NCBI RefSeq assembly: GCF_006345805.1
Contig: NC_042999.1
Location: forward strand, 109,306,001 to 109,370,000
Source of the DNA: Octopus sinensis
Taxonomy: Eukaryota
Reading direction: 5' to 3'
Length of the DNA: 64,000 nucleotides
Position numbers and translations under genes: made by a program. Below are positions 47,986 through 61,900 of this stretch, piece by piece (within the stretch, counting starts at the first letter, position 1; each line of letters starts with the position of its first letter). Under the pieces are notes generated by a model. The model was not told the DNA's origin. It ran no database searches and saw only the letters and a list, made by a program, of their open reading frames with translations.

Positions 47986-48946
47986 CAAATCAGTTTCTAC
48001 ATGTTCTTGACAGTAAAATACTTTGTTCCCATGACAAAGAGTTCACTATGATTGCAGGTGGCAAACTGTTACAATGGTCATCTGTCGTCAAAACCAATGA
48101 AGTTTTGTGACCCATTCCTACCTGTTCTCCTCAACTTTAACATGGAAGGCAAACAAGTTGTTTAAGGTGCCAACTTGGGGGGAAGGGATGATTTTGTAGG
48201 AGCACTATTTCTCTTTGGTGGAACTATTATCCATCTACTCAGGATTTGGGTAGTATAGCGATCTGCTTTACCTTGCATGTAGATGCACACTGCTGCCTAA
48301 AACAAAGTCACAGGAAAATTTTAATCAGTCCCAACCAAGTCTCCAAGAAAGTCAGACATAATTTGTCATGTTGTTGTCGGAGCTCAACTCCACCAGGTGA
48401 ACAATATTGAAAGAAGTAACATCATAGAACTAAATAACTATTTATGGACTGTTTGAACATTTATCCTGTTCACATTTTACGATATACAGTAACAGTAAGT
48501 GTTTCATGTTGTTTATGCTGCATACACCTTCTTCTGGATTTATCACCCTATAATGAGTTGCTCGAACTTTTCTTTTGTTCACTTAGGACACTGTTATACC
48601 ATACTTCTGAGTGCTATACCCTGTATTCTTTCAAGTAAACCTTGATTTAATGCTATCATCATTTCCTGTTAAAATAAATAATGTTGTCTGTTATTGCATT
48701 ACAAGATGTTATACTACCACTGTTAGAAAATTCAGATGTTATTTTAGTGCCTATTCACTAAAACTTAATGCTCCTTTCACAGTTTAACTCATTGAAGTAG
48801 TAGATTTTCTATTTTACATAGGGAACACATTTCAAGAATCAACATATTTTTTCTGCATTCTGTGTCATATATATATATACACACACACCAAACATTGACA
48901 GCAGTTATTGTGAAATTGATTCCATTTCAGGATGAGAACAGTATAA

Positions 48947-49564
48947 GGATCTTTATCTATTTTGACCGACAGAGTTAAAAAATGATTTTTTGTAACTAAA
49001 CACTTCGGACACTGGTAGAATGTGTCATATAAAACATCTTTTACTCTTAGCATTTTTGAGAAAAGCTTATATTTAGGAAGTTATTTCACGTTAAAGTTGT
49101 AGTATATCAGTAATTTCAACCAATCAATGACGTGTATTCAGCTGAATAAAATTACTGCTGTTGTTTGTCAACAAGAATTTATGGTGGTGTATATTTTGTT
49201 TGTCACTGTTATTTATGACAACCCTAACCCTAAAACCCTAACCCTAAAAACTTGAAGCTAAAACCAGTACAAACACACGAATGATGTCATAAATAACTGT
49301 GACAAACGAAAAATACACTGCCGATAGCAGTTGTTGACAAACAACAGCAGTAATTTTATTCAGCTGAATACATGTCATTGATTGGTTGAAATTACTGAAA
49401 TATGACTACTTTAACGTGAAATAACTTCCTAAATATAAGCTTTTCTCAAAAACGCTAATAGTAAAAGATGATTTATATGACACATTCTACCAGTGTCCGA
49501 AGTTTGAAAGTGTTTAGTTACAAAAAATTATTTTAAAAATCTGTCGGTCACAAAGTAAAGATCC
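48947..49564. mobile_element. Foldback MITE, 618 bp, about 275-bp TIRs, 8-bp TSD
   Basis: Arms 48947-49220 and 49285-49564 are inverted copies (GGATCTTTA...TAAAGATCC); TSD CAGTATAA at 48939-48946 and 49565-49572. Confidence 0.95.
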
Positions 49565-50044
49565 CAGTATAATTTTAATACTGTCCACTACTTCTGTCAC
49601 AACAGACTGTTAGTGACAGCATACATTGACTGTAGAGCTGGAAGTAGATATATTGAAGTCATATATTTCAAGTCAAAAAGAAAATGTAAATTTCCATATT
49701 GTTGGTGTTGTCAAATCTTTAGAGGTCCAAACATCAGGTATACTTTAAATACCTTATGACCATATTTCTGCAAATATTCTGCCAAAATATTTTAGTTGAT
49801 TTTTGCAATAATTTAAAATTTTGGGATGGAATTAATGAAATAAATAACTTTATTTTTCATTGTTAAGTTGGTGTTTGGAACAGAATAATAAAAAGTTCTC
49901 ATTATCAAGTATCTTGGTTGTCTTCTACTATATCCCCTGACTGATCAAAGCCTTGGGAGTGAATTTAGAAGACTGAAACTAAAAGGAAAGCCCTTCACAC
50001 ACACACACACATACATCATGAGTCCACATTACCCCAAAAAGAGC

Positions 50045-50240
50045 ATAGGGCTGGTTTCTCAGTTTCTCGTGTATACACGTTTCTCCCTGGATGGGGTGCC
50101 AGTCTGTCATAGGATTACTCATTTTTATCAGCTGAATGGAATGGAGCAACATGAAATGAAGTTTTTTCCTCAAGAACACAATGCATTGCCTGGTCCAAGA
50201 ATTGAAACCACAATCTTATGATCATGAGTCCAACACTGTG
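50045..50240 (-). mobile_element. SINE family D
   Basis: Minus strand GGTTTCAATTCTT...GTGTTCTTGAG...CATGTTGCTCCATTCCATTCAGCTG...GACAGACTGGCACCCCATCCAGGG. Confidence 0.7.
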
Positions 50241-50359
50241 TCCACATGAGTCATATACTTCCACTATATTTACACACACACACACACAAATAAATATATG
50301 TGTGTATGTGTATACATATGCATGTGTGAATGTAGCATGCTTGTATGTGTGTCTGTATG

Positions 50360-50403
<44 letters not shown>

Positions 50404-50769
50404 CTTGTGTGTAAATGCACGTTCATGTATTTGTATGTTTGTCTACTTCTGCTTTTCATTTCATAACTTTGAAGCTGTGTGGAATAAGATATCTGTTGCC
50501 TGAGAAAAGCAGAGAAGGTTTAACATTAGGAAGGGTATCCAACTATAAAACAATGTCTCAATGACATGTTTCTCAAACCCATGCTTGCATTGAAAAACAG
50601 ATGTGAATTGAACAAATTACTGAATGATAGTTGAAGGGTTAATGTCATCTGTTCTAGAGTCAAACCAAGTGACTTTCTGTCATTCTATAACTAATTTTTT
50701 ATTACACAGTGTGACAGTTATCATAGAAGTTACACCTTGTTTTGTATCCATTCATATATAGCATATCTA

Positions 50770-50986
50770 ACACAGCATTTAAACTGGCCATATCCAACCC
50801 AAATATTCTACCTGGTTATGTTCATACTGGCCTGCTATGGCCCCTCACACCTACCCTATAATGTCTTTGTAAAAATAAACAATCACAACATTGAAATCTC
50901 AAATCTATGAGATAATGCATGATGAATTCAAAACAATGTGAATAAATAAGCATTACATTTGCTAGAATAATCTGAGTGCTAAAGGG
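50770..50986. mobile_element. TTAA-target MITE family 1, second copy (left TIR decayed)
   Basis: Colinear with 14738-14945; ends GTGCTAAAGGG|TTAA. Confidence 0.8.
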
Positions 50987-51523
50987 TTAAAAATGTGTAC
51001 ATGCTGTATGTTCTGAATATATTCTTAGAGCTGCTCCAGCATGGCCTCAGTCAAATGACAGAAACAAGTAAAAGAATAAAAGAATAGTGTTTTATCATAA
51101 ATATGAAACTTGTCTTTCAGTAAACTAAGCTAAATTATTAATACATCCCACAAAATGTTTGATACATTAATTCTTCAAGTGTAATTAAATAATTCAAAGG
51201 CAAATTAACATTTGAACAAAATATCAAACTATTGCAGGGTCTATATGAAAAAAAATTATATAGAAGTATATTATTTCAAGTTTTTTTTAAAGGATTTTTA
51301 CAGTCAAGTTGTTTTCAGAACTCTGAATGCTTTCAAAGAAATTGTTGCTTCAAGTCACAAATATTAAATTTAAACCTCAGAACTCTCATTACTAACCCAT
51401 TTAGGTTTTTAATACAATTAATTTTTTGTGAAGTATAAAAGCATACCATATTGAAATGTTAGCTCTTAAATAATGCATGTGCGTGTGTATTTGTATGGGT
51501 ATGTATATATGCATGCATAAATA

Positions 51524-51554
<31 letters not shown>

Positions 51555-51586
51555 GTATACTCATCTGTATATAGATGTGTTTTGTG

Positions 51587-51618
<32 letters not shown>

Positions 51619-52025
51619 CATATACACATATGTGTATATGCAAAAGAATCATGTGTTCACAACAAACAAGTCTGAATTTGTTTTCAAGAAACACGCAAAA
51701 AATAAACAATCAGAAGTAAAATAAATTATTAACAAAAAGATGATTAAATATTTGGTGTGTTTCTACATAATAAATAGTTATGAAATTAAGGTTAACATAA
51801 TTAGCAAATGTTTTATCTAGCAGAATCTACTGCATTTTTAGTGATTATATAATGTTCATTAAACTAATTTCTCAGTAATCAGTAATGCAACAATCATCAC
51901 CTAAACGTGTTTTCAAAAGAAAAATTTAGTTTCTAAATGTCTAGAGATGCTCTCCTTTAATAAAATAAAGACTTTCAACTTCATTATTATCCTTTATTAC
52001 TAACTTCTTGATTTCTGCCATCAAC

Positions 52026-52130
52026 ATAATGATGATGATGATGATGGTGGTGTTTGTAGTAGTGGTGGTGATGGTGGTGGCAGTGGTGGTGGTGAGGATG
52101 GTGACAATTATGATGATGATGATAATGATG
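52026..52130 (+). repeat. (GAT)/(GGT)/(GTA) triplet microsatellite
   Basis: Seen directly. Confidence 0.9.
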
Positions 52131-53984
52131 TCTCAATGCTCAGGTGATCTGAACAGGTTTACAAAAGCAGCATCTCCTTGTGTGTCATCTATGTTGTCAT
52201 TGGCATTGCTTAATATCCTCAATTCTCTTAATAACCTTTACCAAAACCTTTCTCTAATGCAAATATTTGCTAGCATATAACATCTTAACTATTATATTTC
52301 ATAGCTATATCTTCTATATATATATCAATTGATGATACTGATAATCAATGTTCACAAATTTGTTTGGGTATTTTCTACTAGATCTGAACTGTGAAAGTTT
52401 TACATAAAAATCCTGGTGTATCTAAACACTTGCTGTATTTTATATTCAGTCATATCATTAGCACAGTGATTTATTTGGCCTCAACTAATTTGCATTTTAA
52501 CCTAGGCAGTGTTAACTTTTAGAACATTAAGTCAAGTAGATATTTTTAAGATTTTAATTTTAATTTTTTTCTTATAATTCTCCTACAGATTTTAGGGTTT
52601 AAATTAGATCCCCTGGACATCCAGCTTTGAATTTCTTTGAAGAGAAAGCAGTTATTGATAAACCCTTTATTGAATTTGTAGCTCTATCTTAAATTATTCT
52701 CTTTGTTCACCATAAATCAGATACCAACTTTTAAATCACTCATAAAACTTAGATACAACAAAACATTTTTCCACACTTAGGTTTCTCATCGCCCCACCAG
52801 TATGAAATGCTATGAAAACTTTATTTCAATCAAAAAAAAAAAAGAAATTGTTATTTGAGAAATACATTTCTTGTAGTTATCATAACACGAATTTGATAAC
52901 TGTCTAATTTCATGATGCAACATAAGAGAACTTATCCTTGTGGAAGTTCATTTTTTTTTTAATCAAGGTTTGTTTATCATTTGTTAATGATAATTCATGT
53001 TATGAAATTTTACAACCAAAATCCTCAATTTCAAACTAATGATATGAACACTTGAAGATGTCCAAATGTTAGCAGAAATACTGCCAATAATCTGTTATCA
53101 TGCTTGGTTTCATTACAAACATAACACTATCATCAAAATTTCCTTCATAACTTGATAAAATTAGGCAAATGATATATTGTAATTCCTCTGGTAGGAAACA
53201 CACTCCAAAAATAATATTTCACATGAAAGCAATCCTATGAGTGTAATAAATATTATTGTTTCTTGACTTTCTTGATCTAACTCAATTTGATGAAAAAAAC
53301 TCATTTTATATCTAATTTTGGAAAAGAAAAATTATTCTCAGTTTCAACAATCATTTGATCAATTGATGCAATTTGATGTCTGACATGCATGCTTCACAAT
53401 TATATTTGGCTTAGTTTTATCTAAAGGATGCAACAAATCATTGTCTTGTTTTGTTTGATGGATAGCAACATTAGCACTGACCTATTTGAATAGTTGAAAG
53501 ATTGGTTCAACAATTTACATTTCCAACAATTCATTTATAGTCTATCTGGATTTATTCCTTTGTGACTAGAAAACAATATTATCATTAAATGACTTAAGAA
53601 CAGAAGACTCAAAGTGAGCTGTAAGTGAGAATACTGTAAACATCCTATGCCTAATTCTAATGCTAGAAGCTCATAGTTTACCATATTTCTGAAATGCTGT
53701 GTTTTTGTACATATTTTTTATTAATGTACTTCAAAGATTCTATGCAGACTAAAATAAATGAGTGTCAGTATGTTTAATGTATGGAACATTAATAAGCTGA
53801 AATATATTCAAATATGTAGTAGGAAATAGTAGTTGTTATTATAATTAAAATATTTTCTTGGCAAACACAAGAGAAAGCTCTGGACAGGCCTTTGTCTTAT
53901 TTTAGCATACTCAGTGTCTTAATTAACAAAAGAGTAGAAAACAAATTCTTAAGTAAATATACAGGTATATATATTTGTCTGAGT

Positions 53985-54101
53985 GCAGGCGTGGTTGTGT
54001 GGTAAGAAGTGTTCTTCCCAACCATATGGTTCTGGGTTCAGTTCTACTGTGTTACAACTTGAGCAGGTGTCTTTAACTATAGCTCTTGGTTGACCAAAGC
54101 C
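53985..54101 (+). mobile_element. SINE family A head, truncated by the adjacent foldback element
   Basis: GCAGGCGTGGTTGTGTGGTAAG...GGTTCAGTTC...GACCAAAGCC, then abrupt loss of similarity. Confidence 0.8.
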
Positions 54102-54290
54102 ATTTAAAAACACACAAAAGCCGTTGGATTCACTTCAAAATTTAATTTAACAGAATATTTTCATCACTTTGCTAGCACAGAATTTTGTCAATGAACAGGT
54201 CATGGTCTCAAAGCGACGAAAATATTTTGTCAAATTAAATTTAAATGTTGAAGTGAATCTAACGGTTTTTGTGTGTTTTTAAATAGCTTA
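54098..54290. mobile_element. Foldback/MITE core with about 70-bp inverted arms
   Basis: TTTAAAAACACACAAAAGCCGTTGGATTCACTTCAA is inverted against TTGAAGTGAATCTAACGGTTTTTGTGTGTTTTTAAA. Confidence 0.75.
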
Positions 54291-55340
54291 TAAACACTTT
54301 CAATGCTACAGTTGTTTAATTTCTATATATTTTCTTGAAATTCATGAGCTACAACTTTGGCAAGTTATAGTACTATACATAATTAAGAAAGGGAGAAAAA
54401 GGTTGAAATGTTTCCAAAATTGCCTCTCAGACTTGCCAGAAAAATAATACCAGTCAGTGATTGATATGTTTTTATGCTGATTTTATTTTTGCTTTTTAAT
54501 ACTTCCAAACACTAAATAAGTTGACACCTACTTACCTACTGCTTATCAAATGAATGGTATGGTATCTAAAAACCATTCTATCATAGACTGAACTTTTGAA
54601 ATGATTTCATGTTTCTAGCAATGCCACTCTTTAATGAATTGGAATTATTAATAAGTAATTTAATAAGTAAAATAAGTAATTTAAGCACAATACCACCTAG
54701 TCTATAATTCATTCTGTATTAATTAATTAATTAATTCTTTGGAATTATATATTCATAAGAATCAAACTATTAGGTTTATCAGTTGACTTAAAAATTACCT
54801 CAGTCTTTATTCAAAAGCAAATTTAAAAAATGTCAAGCCATTTTATATATTTAACTTTCAGCTAATTTGGCAACTGATTATATCAGTCGCATTTAAACTC
54901 TAACTGTTCTTCCAATAAATTTATGTTTTTGCCATAATAAAAAATGTTAGAACATTTATTTTGTCACTAGGTACAAAAGTTTTGCTTCTTTAAATGATTT
55001 GGCTTAACTTAAAATTAATGTTTAATGTTTACTTTCTAAAATGCTTATTTGTAAATTTGGATAAAGACACCTTTCAACAATATGATTCAGAGAGTAACCT
55101 CTTCTTCATCAAGAACTTTGCAAAAATTGGCTTGTCGTTTAAACATGTACAATTTTGATTAAAACATCTGAAAATATATCTACTTCTGTTTTAAAGTCAT
55201 TAATTTCTCTTTTGTTTTTCCATTTCATTTTAATAGTTTGTTGAAAATAACAAAATCTAATACAGTACTCAAGAAGATATATAAAGGCAGCATATGTGTG
55301 TGTATACATATACAGATATATATTTACATATATATATAGA

Positions 55341-55361
55341 TCTCTCTCTCTCTCTCTCTCT

Positions 55362-55402
<41 letters not shown>
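55341..55402 (+). repeat. (TC)n(TA)n microsatellite
   Basis: Seen directly. Confidence 0.9.
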
Positions 55403-55405
<3 letters not shown>

Positions 55406-55811
55406 GTTTTATCTAAAAGATCAGTAAAACCTTTTCTTTTGTAGTTGTCAAAATTTATTCTCAAGAGAATTACTGCATTATTTTTATAATAATTATCTCA
55501 AATGCACAGATTTGTTTTAAACTTTTACAAAAGAAGTAATGAGTTGAGAATGAACAAAATGTCACTTGCTACAAAAATATAACACAAAAAGCAATATAAA
55601 GCCATTCAAATTTCCAGATATAAAAAAACATTGAAGAAACTAATAAAAAATGCAATATATTTCAATATTTAATTTCTAAATTTTCCGTTACAGTACCACC
55701 ACAGTGAATGTACTGTACTTCATCTCTCACAGGTGAATAAAGAAACTGTTATTAAAATAGAGGTAATACTTATCCTCACTTAAACATGGATGTTCTATTA
55801 GAACATCCATT

Positions 55812-56021
55812 CTTTTATTTGTTTCAGTAATTTGACTGTGGCCATACTGGAACATCACCTTTAGTCAAACAAATCAACCCCAGTAATTATTCTTTGTAAG
55901 ACTAGTACTTATTCTAACAGTTACTTTTGCCAAACTGCTAAGTTACAGGCACGTAAACACACCAACATTGGTTGTCAAGTGATGGTGGAGGGGAGACAAA
56001 CACAGACACACAAACACACAC

Positions 56022-56078
<57 letters not shown>

Positions 56079-56240
56079 CGAGGGGCTTCTTTCAGTTTCA
56101 ATCTACCAAATCCACTCACAAGGCTTTTGTCAGCCTGAGGCTATAGTAGAAGACACTTGCCCAAGGCATCATGCAGTGGGACTGAACCCGGAACCATGTA
56201 GTTCATAAGCAAGCTACTTACCACACGGCCACTCTTGCAT
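55812..56240 (-). mobile_element. SINE family A
   Basis: Full body on the minus strand. Confidence 0.88.
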
Positions 56241-56704
56241 CTATGTTTAAATGGAATAACTGTCACCTCCTTGTATAAATACTGCCTCTGTTTGCTGTCA
56301 TAATGTAAAAGAAAGTATGCTTTTTTTTTTAATTTCATTTAGTTTAGCGTAGGGCAAATTCTATAAATAAACAGGTGTTTCTTTTCTTTTCATCATTAAA
56401 AACACATTGGTTTTCTTTTTGGTTCTACAACTAATGTCTTAGTTATTTATTTCTTATTCATTTCATATTCATAAGATACACTGTTTTTCATGACTGTTTA
56501 ATATATATTATAAATACTTGACAATATACTATCTATATATTAGATACTACAAATATAACAATATCTGTATATCTATGAATCTACCTATTTTTCTGTCTGC
56601 CTGACTGCTTTTTTGCCTGTTTATCTAACTATCTATCTATCTATCTATCTATCTTTATATATATTCGTGTATGTGTGTAATTAGCTTATTTGAGCATTTA
56701 ATCT

Positions 56705-57036
56705 GTATATATATGTGAGAGTATGCTAAAAAGTTTGCTTTCCAATTACATGGTTCCTGGTTCAGTTCCACTGCGTGGCATCTGAGGCAAGTGTTTTCTT
56801 TTATAGACCCAGGATGACCAATTCTTTGAGAAACTGAAAGAAGCCCTTCACCTGTATATGTGTGTGTGTGTGTGAGTGTATGTGTTTGTGTTTATCTCCC
56901 ATCACTGCTTGTCAACCAATGTTGGGTTGTTTATGATCCCCATAACTCAGTGGTTTGACAGAAGAGACTGATAGAATAAATACATGGGTTAAAAAGTAAT
57001 TACCAGAGTCAATTTGTTTGACTCAAACAAGTAAAA
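56705..57036 (+). mobile_element. SINE family A, degenerate
   Basis: GGTTCAGTTCCACTGCGTGGCA...GAAACTGAAAGAAGCCC...GACTGATAGAATAA. Confidence 0.75.
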
Positions 57037-57050
57037 GATATTATATATAA

Positions 57051-57051
<1 letters not shown>

Positions 57052-57100
<49 letters not shown>

Positions 57101-57130
57101 TATTATTATTATTATTACTATTATTATTAT
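57052..57130. repeat. (AAT)n joined to (ATT)n
   Basis: Strand switch at 57100/57101. Confidence 0.9.
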
Positions 57131-57177
57131 AACATATAGATACATAGGTATACACATACACACACACACACTAATCA

Positions 57178-58480
57178 AGTAGGAAGACAAACACATCACA
57201 CACTCTTTCAGGTAGGTAGCCCTGTTCGATCTGTAGAAAAGGTGTAGGTAGAAACTCCATAAAATGTACCCAGTGTAAGCTATGGACACATAAGGGGTGC
57301 AGCAACATCAAAGGAAGATTAACCGAGAAGATAGCTTTTGTATGTGGCAGATGCACAGGGGCAATAAACACCACAGATGCTCAGAAAACAGATTCCATCA
57401 CATGCCAGGGGGAGAAACTAGTAGTTGATAGCTTCTGCTACCTGGATGACCAAGTCTATAGTGGGGGGTGGATGCTCAGAGTGTATTACCACTAGAATAA
57501 GAATAGCCTGGGCAAAATTCAGAAATCTTCTAACCCTAGTGGTGACAAAGGGCCTCTCGCTCAGAATGAAAGGTAGATTGTGCGATGCATGTGTGCAAAC
57601 TACCATGTTCATGACAGTGAAACATGGGCCGTGACTGCTGTAGACATGCGTAGGCTCAAAAGAAATGAAGCTAGTATGATCTGCTGGATGTGTAATGTCA
57701 GTATGCACACATGACAGAGTGTAAGCACCCTGAGAGAAATGTTGGACATAAGAAGCATCGGATGTGGCATGCAAGAGAGACATTTGCTTTGGTATGGTCA
57801 TGTACTACGGATGGATGAGGAGAGCTGTGTGAAGAAGTGCCACTCCCAATCAGTGGATGGAATCTGGGGTCGAGGGAGACCCAGGAAGACTTGGGATGAG
57901 GTGGTGAAGCATGACCTTCGAACGTTGGTCCTCACAGAAGCAATGACAAAAGACCAAGACCTCTGGAGATATGCTGTGACTGAGAAGATCCTTCAAATAA
58001 AGTGAGTTCACAGCTGTAACCTACACCAGTTTTGCATAACCAGCCCACTCAAAAGTACCTTGGATTGTAGGGCGACATGCTGTGCTTGAGGAGACCTATT
58101 GGGTCAAGTACATCAACATCAAAATCAAATCATAATCAAATGGAATCTCTGGTTGTGATCTCCATGCTGGTGGCATGTAAAAAGTACCATCCGAATGTGG
58201 CCAATGCCAGCACTACCTTGACTGGCTTTCGTGCTGCTGGCACATAAAAAGCACAATCTGATAGTGGTCGATGCCAGCCCCCTCTGGTCCCTATACCAGT
58301 GGCACATAACAAAGCACCCACTACACTCTCGGAGTGGTTGGTGCTTGGAAGGGCATCCAGCTTTAGAAACACTGTCAGATCAGACTGGAGCCTGGTGCAG
58401 CCTCCTGGCATCCAAGACCTCAGTCGAACCGTCCAACCCATGCCAGCATGGAAAACAGACGTTAAATGATGATGATGATA
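57178..58480 (+). mobile_element. 5'-truncated RTE LINE (from the zinc finger to the (GAT)n tail), divergent subfamily
   Basis: CRKGVGRNSIKCTQCKLWTHKGC, RIRIAWAKFR, WYGHVLRMDE and KTWDEVVKHDL; 3' UTR differs proximally from the 43-kb copy. Confidence 0.93.
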
Positions 58481-58515
58481 TATGTGTGTGTCTATACATA
58501 CATACATGTGTATAT

Positions 58516-58569
<54 letters not shown>

Positions 58570-58888
58570 CATATAAATATACATATACATATATACATAT
58601 ACATATATACATATATACATATATACATATATATATATACATATATACATACATACATATATATATACATATATACATACATATATACATATACACATAT
58701 ACATATACATATATATATAAATATATATATACATATATACATATACATACACATATATATATACATATATACATACATATATACATATACACATATACAT
58801 ATACATATATATATAAATATATATATACATATATACATATACATACACATATATATATAAATATATATATACATATACATATATACAT

Positions 58889-58920
<32 letters not shown>
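58481..58920 (+). repeat. Long (TA)/(TATACA) microsatellite with a 96-bp internal duplication
   Basis: TAAAT markers at 58718 and 58814; a 32-codon repeat is visible in the ORF track. Confidence 0.9.
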
Positions 58921-58921
<1 letters not shown>

Positions 58922-61900
58922 TGCACAAGCATGGCTGTGTAGTAATAGTGCTCAGTTAATCACTATACATATAAATCATTTTCTGTTAAAATGTCTTATT
59001 GACGAGTTTTACTTCTTCATTTCCCTGAAGAGAAGATTACATTGTTTTACACCATTTTATTCCTTTGAAATAATACCAATGACATCTTCAAAACATGTGT
59101 CGGAAGTAAAAGAATTTGAATAACACCTGCGTTTAACTCCATTTATTTATTTATATATATATATATGTGTGTGTGTGTGTATATATATATTTACATATGT
59201 GTGTATGTGTGTATGAGTGTGTGTGTATACATGTATATGTGTAAGTGCATGTATGTGTGTCTCTTTGATTTCGTATAGCTCAATAGTTGTAAAATGATTG
59301 GAATTGTCATACAGGCAGTATCATTCATTTACAAGGAGAGTATTGGCATCATGAAGGGTATTCAGCTGTGGAAAATCTGTCTGAATAAATGCTGTTCAAC
59401 CCATGCAAGCATGGAAATGTGTTTGTTAAAATGATGATGATGATGATATATATTTGTGAAGGTTAATGAGAAAAATAGTTTTTAAGAATTGAGTTTAAAT
59501 TCTCACTAAAAACAGTTTATATAATATAGCCTTTTGAATTACTACATTTTGGAGGTTACATTTTCCTAAATATGTAAACAAATATTCCTCCACCTCAAAT
59601 TACCATTTCTGAATGTGCAACATTTTTTTATACATACCTACCTCAACTTATGTAATGTTTTTCTTTTATGCCTGTCAGCTGTTTCTAGATAAATACAGTG
59701 ATAAGCATTTTTTAAGAATGTTCAAATTACCAGATTATTTGTTAAAAAAAATGTCTTAATTACTAGGATTCAAAATAATACATTTTGATTTTACATTTAT
59801 CTTTTACACTTTAAAAGATTTTATTATTGTAGATAAATGTATTAACTTTACTGTTTCTATATTGATTTTTCTTTTATACCATCTAGATCTAATAATAAAA
59901 CAGTACTTTCTCAAATAAAATTACATTACATTTTCTCTTACAAATTAATTCAACAACAAAATAAGAAAACACTAAGACAGAGCTTCCCTTTCTGAACATA
60001 GTTATCTGAGTGAATAATGTTTGAGGTTCCACATAACAATATTAAAACTTAATTCTCCCATAAAGGTGATTATAGCTTCAAAAAGTAAGGAAAGAATTGA
60101 ATGAAATTGAGGAAACAGAATATCAACAAAACAAAATAAGAACTTGAGAAACAAAGAAGCTACTGATTAGAATCTAATTAGAATAATAAAAATATAAGAG
60201 AAAGATGAGTAAAGCAAAAGTTATTCTGCCAAAACACATAATGTACTTTATTTTTTTCAAATTTAATTTTTGATTTTATTTTCTGAATTCCATCTGGCAG
60301 ACTGTAGCAGTGGCTAATATTGTAGGCTCAAAGCTTATCTTCCCCTATATTTCCAAGTATGCCTTTATAGCAAGATTCTGATTCCTCTGGGAAAATATTT
60401 TATATGTTGTACATTTTTAATTTTGGATTCCTTTTTAAAATCTGATTTCATATTTACTTTTAGCAACATATTAATAAAAACCTTTATTATTTCTGGTTTT
60501 GTTTTTGTAAACTTTCATTTCAGCACAATAAATCATTATTTTATTTTATGCCATACTATATACATAATATTTGCTTTAAAGTTAAGGAAAAGCATTTACA
60601 TTTCTGATAAAATTTCAGTTGAATGAATTTTGGGAAATAGCATTTATTTTTTATCCATTATTAATTTCTTCTGTGTACATATGAATGTCTTACTGGGATC
60701 CTAATCTCTGTCTCCGTAAAATAATTTTGGTTCAAGGCAGTTTTTTAGTGTTATTTATACAATTGAAAACTTGATTTGCATTTTTTTAAAATACCAGGCA
60801 AAATGTTAGTTAACTCATTTGTTTCTAAAATGAGTGTGGTTTCAAAAATAAAAGATTAGTCATTACATTTCTGAATTGTAGAAATATATGGAAGAAAACT
60901 CTGTAAGCTGATTAACAAAAAAAGTTTTACATTGTGAGAAATTAATTTTAAAAGATTTAATGAATTTTATAAGAGAAAATACATAATAATTATTAGATAT
61001 GACTTTTTATGAATATTTTTATCTTAATTTGAAACAAAAATAAGCTCTGAGTTTTGGTTCTTTTATTAGACCTAAAATTTTAAATATAATAATTTTCCTT
61101 AAGAATTATTTAATGTGTCATAATTTAAAAAGCTTCCCTTGAGAATTAGATTTTGTAATTTTTTTCCCTTGATGGTTGCTTGTAAAATTTTGATTTTATT
61201 ATTTAATGCCTGAACTAATAATTATACAAATGAAAAAGTCAACCATGAACCTTTCCATTTCATTGGATTTATTTTGATTTCCCTTTTTTGAAATCAAATC
61301 TGATGAAATCAGGTATTAAAAATGGACATTGTAATGAACAAACATTATGTTTGTTCTTTGTTTTTCTACAGTTGCATGCTTTATCAAATTGGTATGCTTC
61401 ATATTAAAAAAAAACTAACAAAGAATTATATGAGGTTCACTGACTCAATCAATTACCTCTGTTGAAAGAAGAAAAGAAATCAGTTGTTTTTTAAATGAGA
61501 ATTCTTTTTTATATTTTTATTTAATTTAATTTGTTCATTAGTGCAAAATTTGGTGCATATTTCTAACTGAAATGTTTCAAATATTAGTCTAAAATGTAGC
61601 ATTCTGCACAAAATAACAAAAATGTATATACTTTTGAGTTAAAATTAGTGAGTTGCTGTGATATTTATTTACATTTCTTGTTATTTAACCTCCATCTACA
61701 GTATATTTGATATTCCAATCTTTCAATTGAGGTATAAACTAATTCACTTAAACATGCACATTTTAACAATTTAGGAAACAATTAATTAAAAGAACCAATA
61801 GAACCATGACACTGTTGAGAAGGGCTTTTTTGTCATGTTTATTATGTATATATTATTTTAAGTTAATGTTTGTGTAATTTTGTAAGCATGTTTGTGCTTA

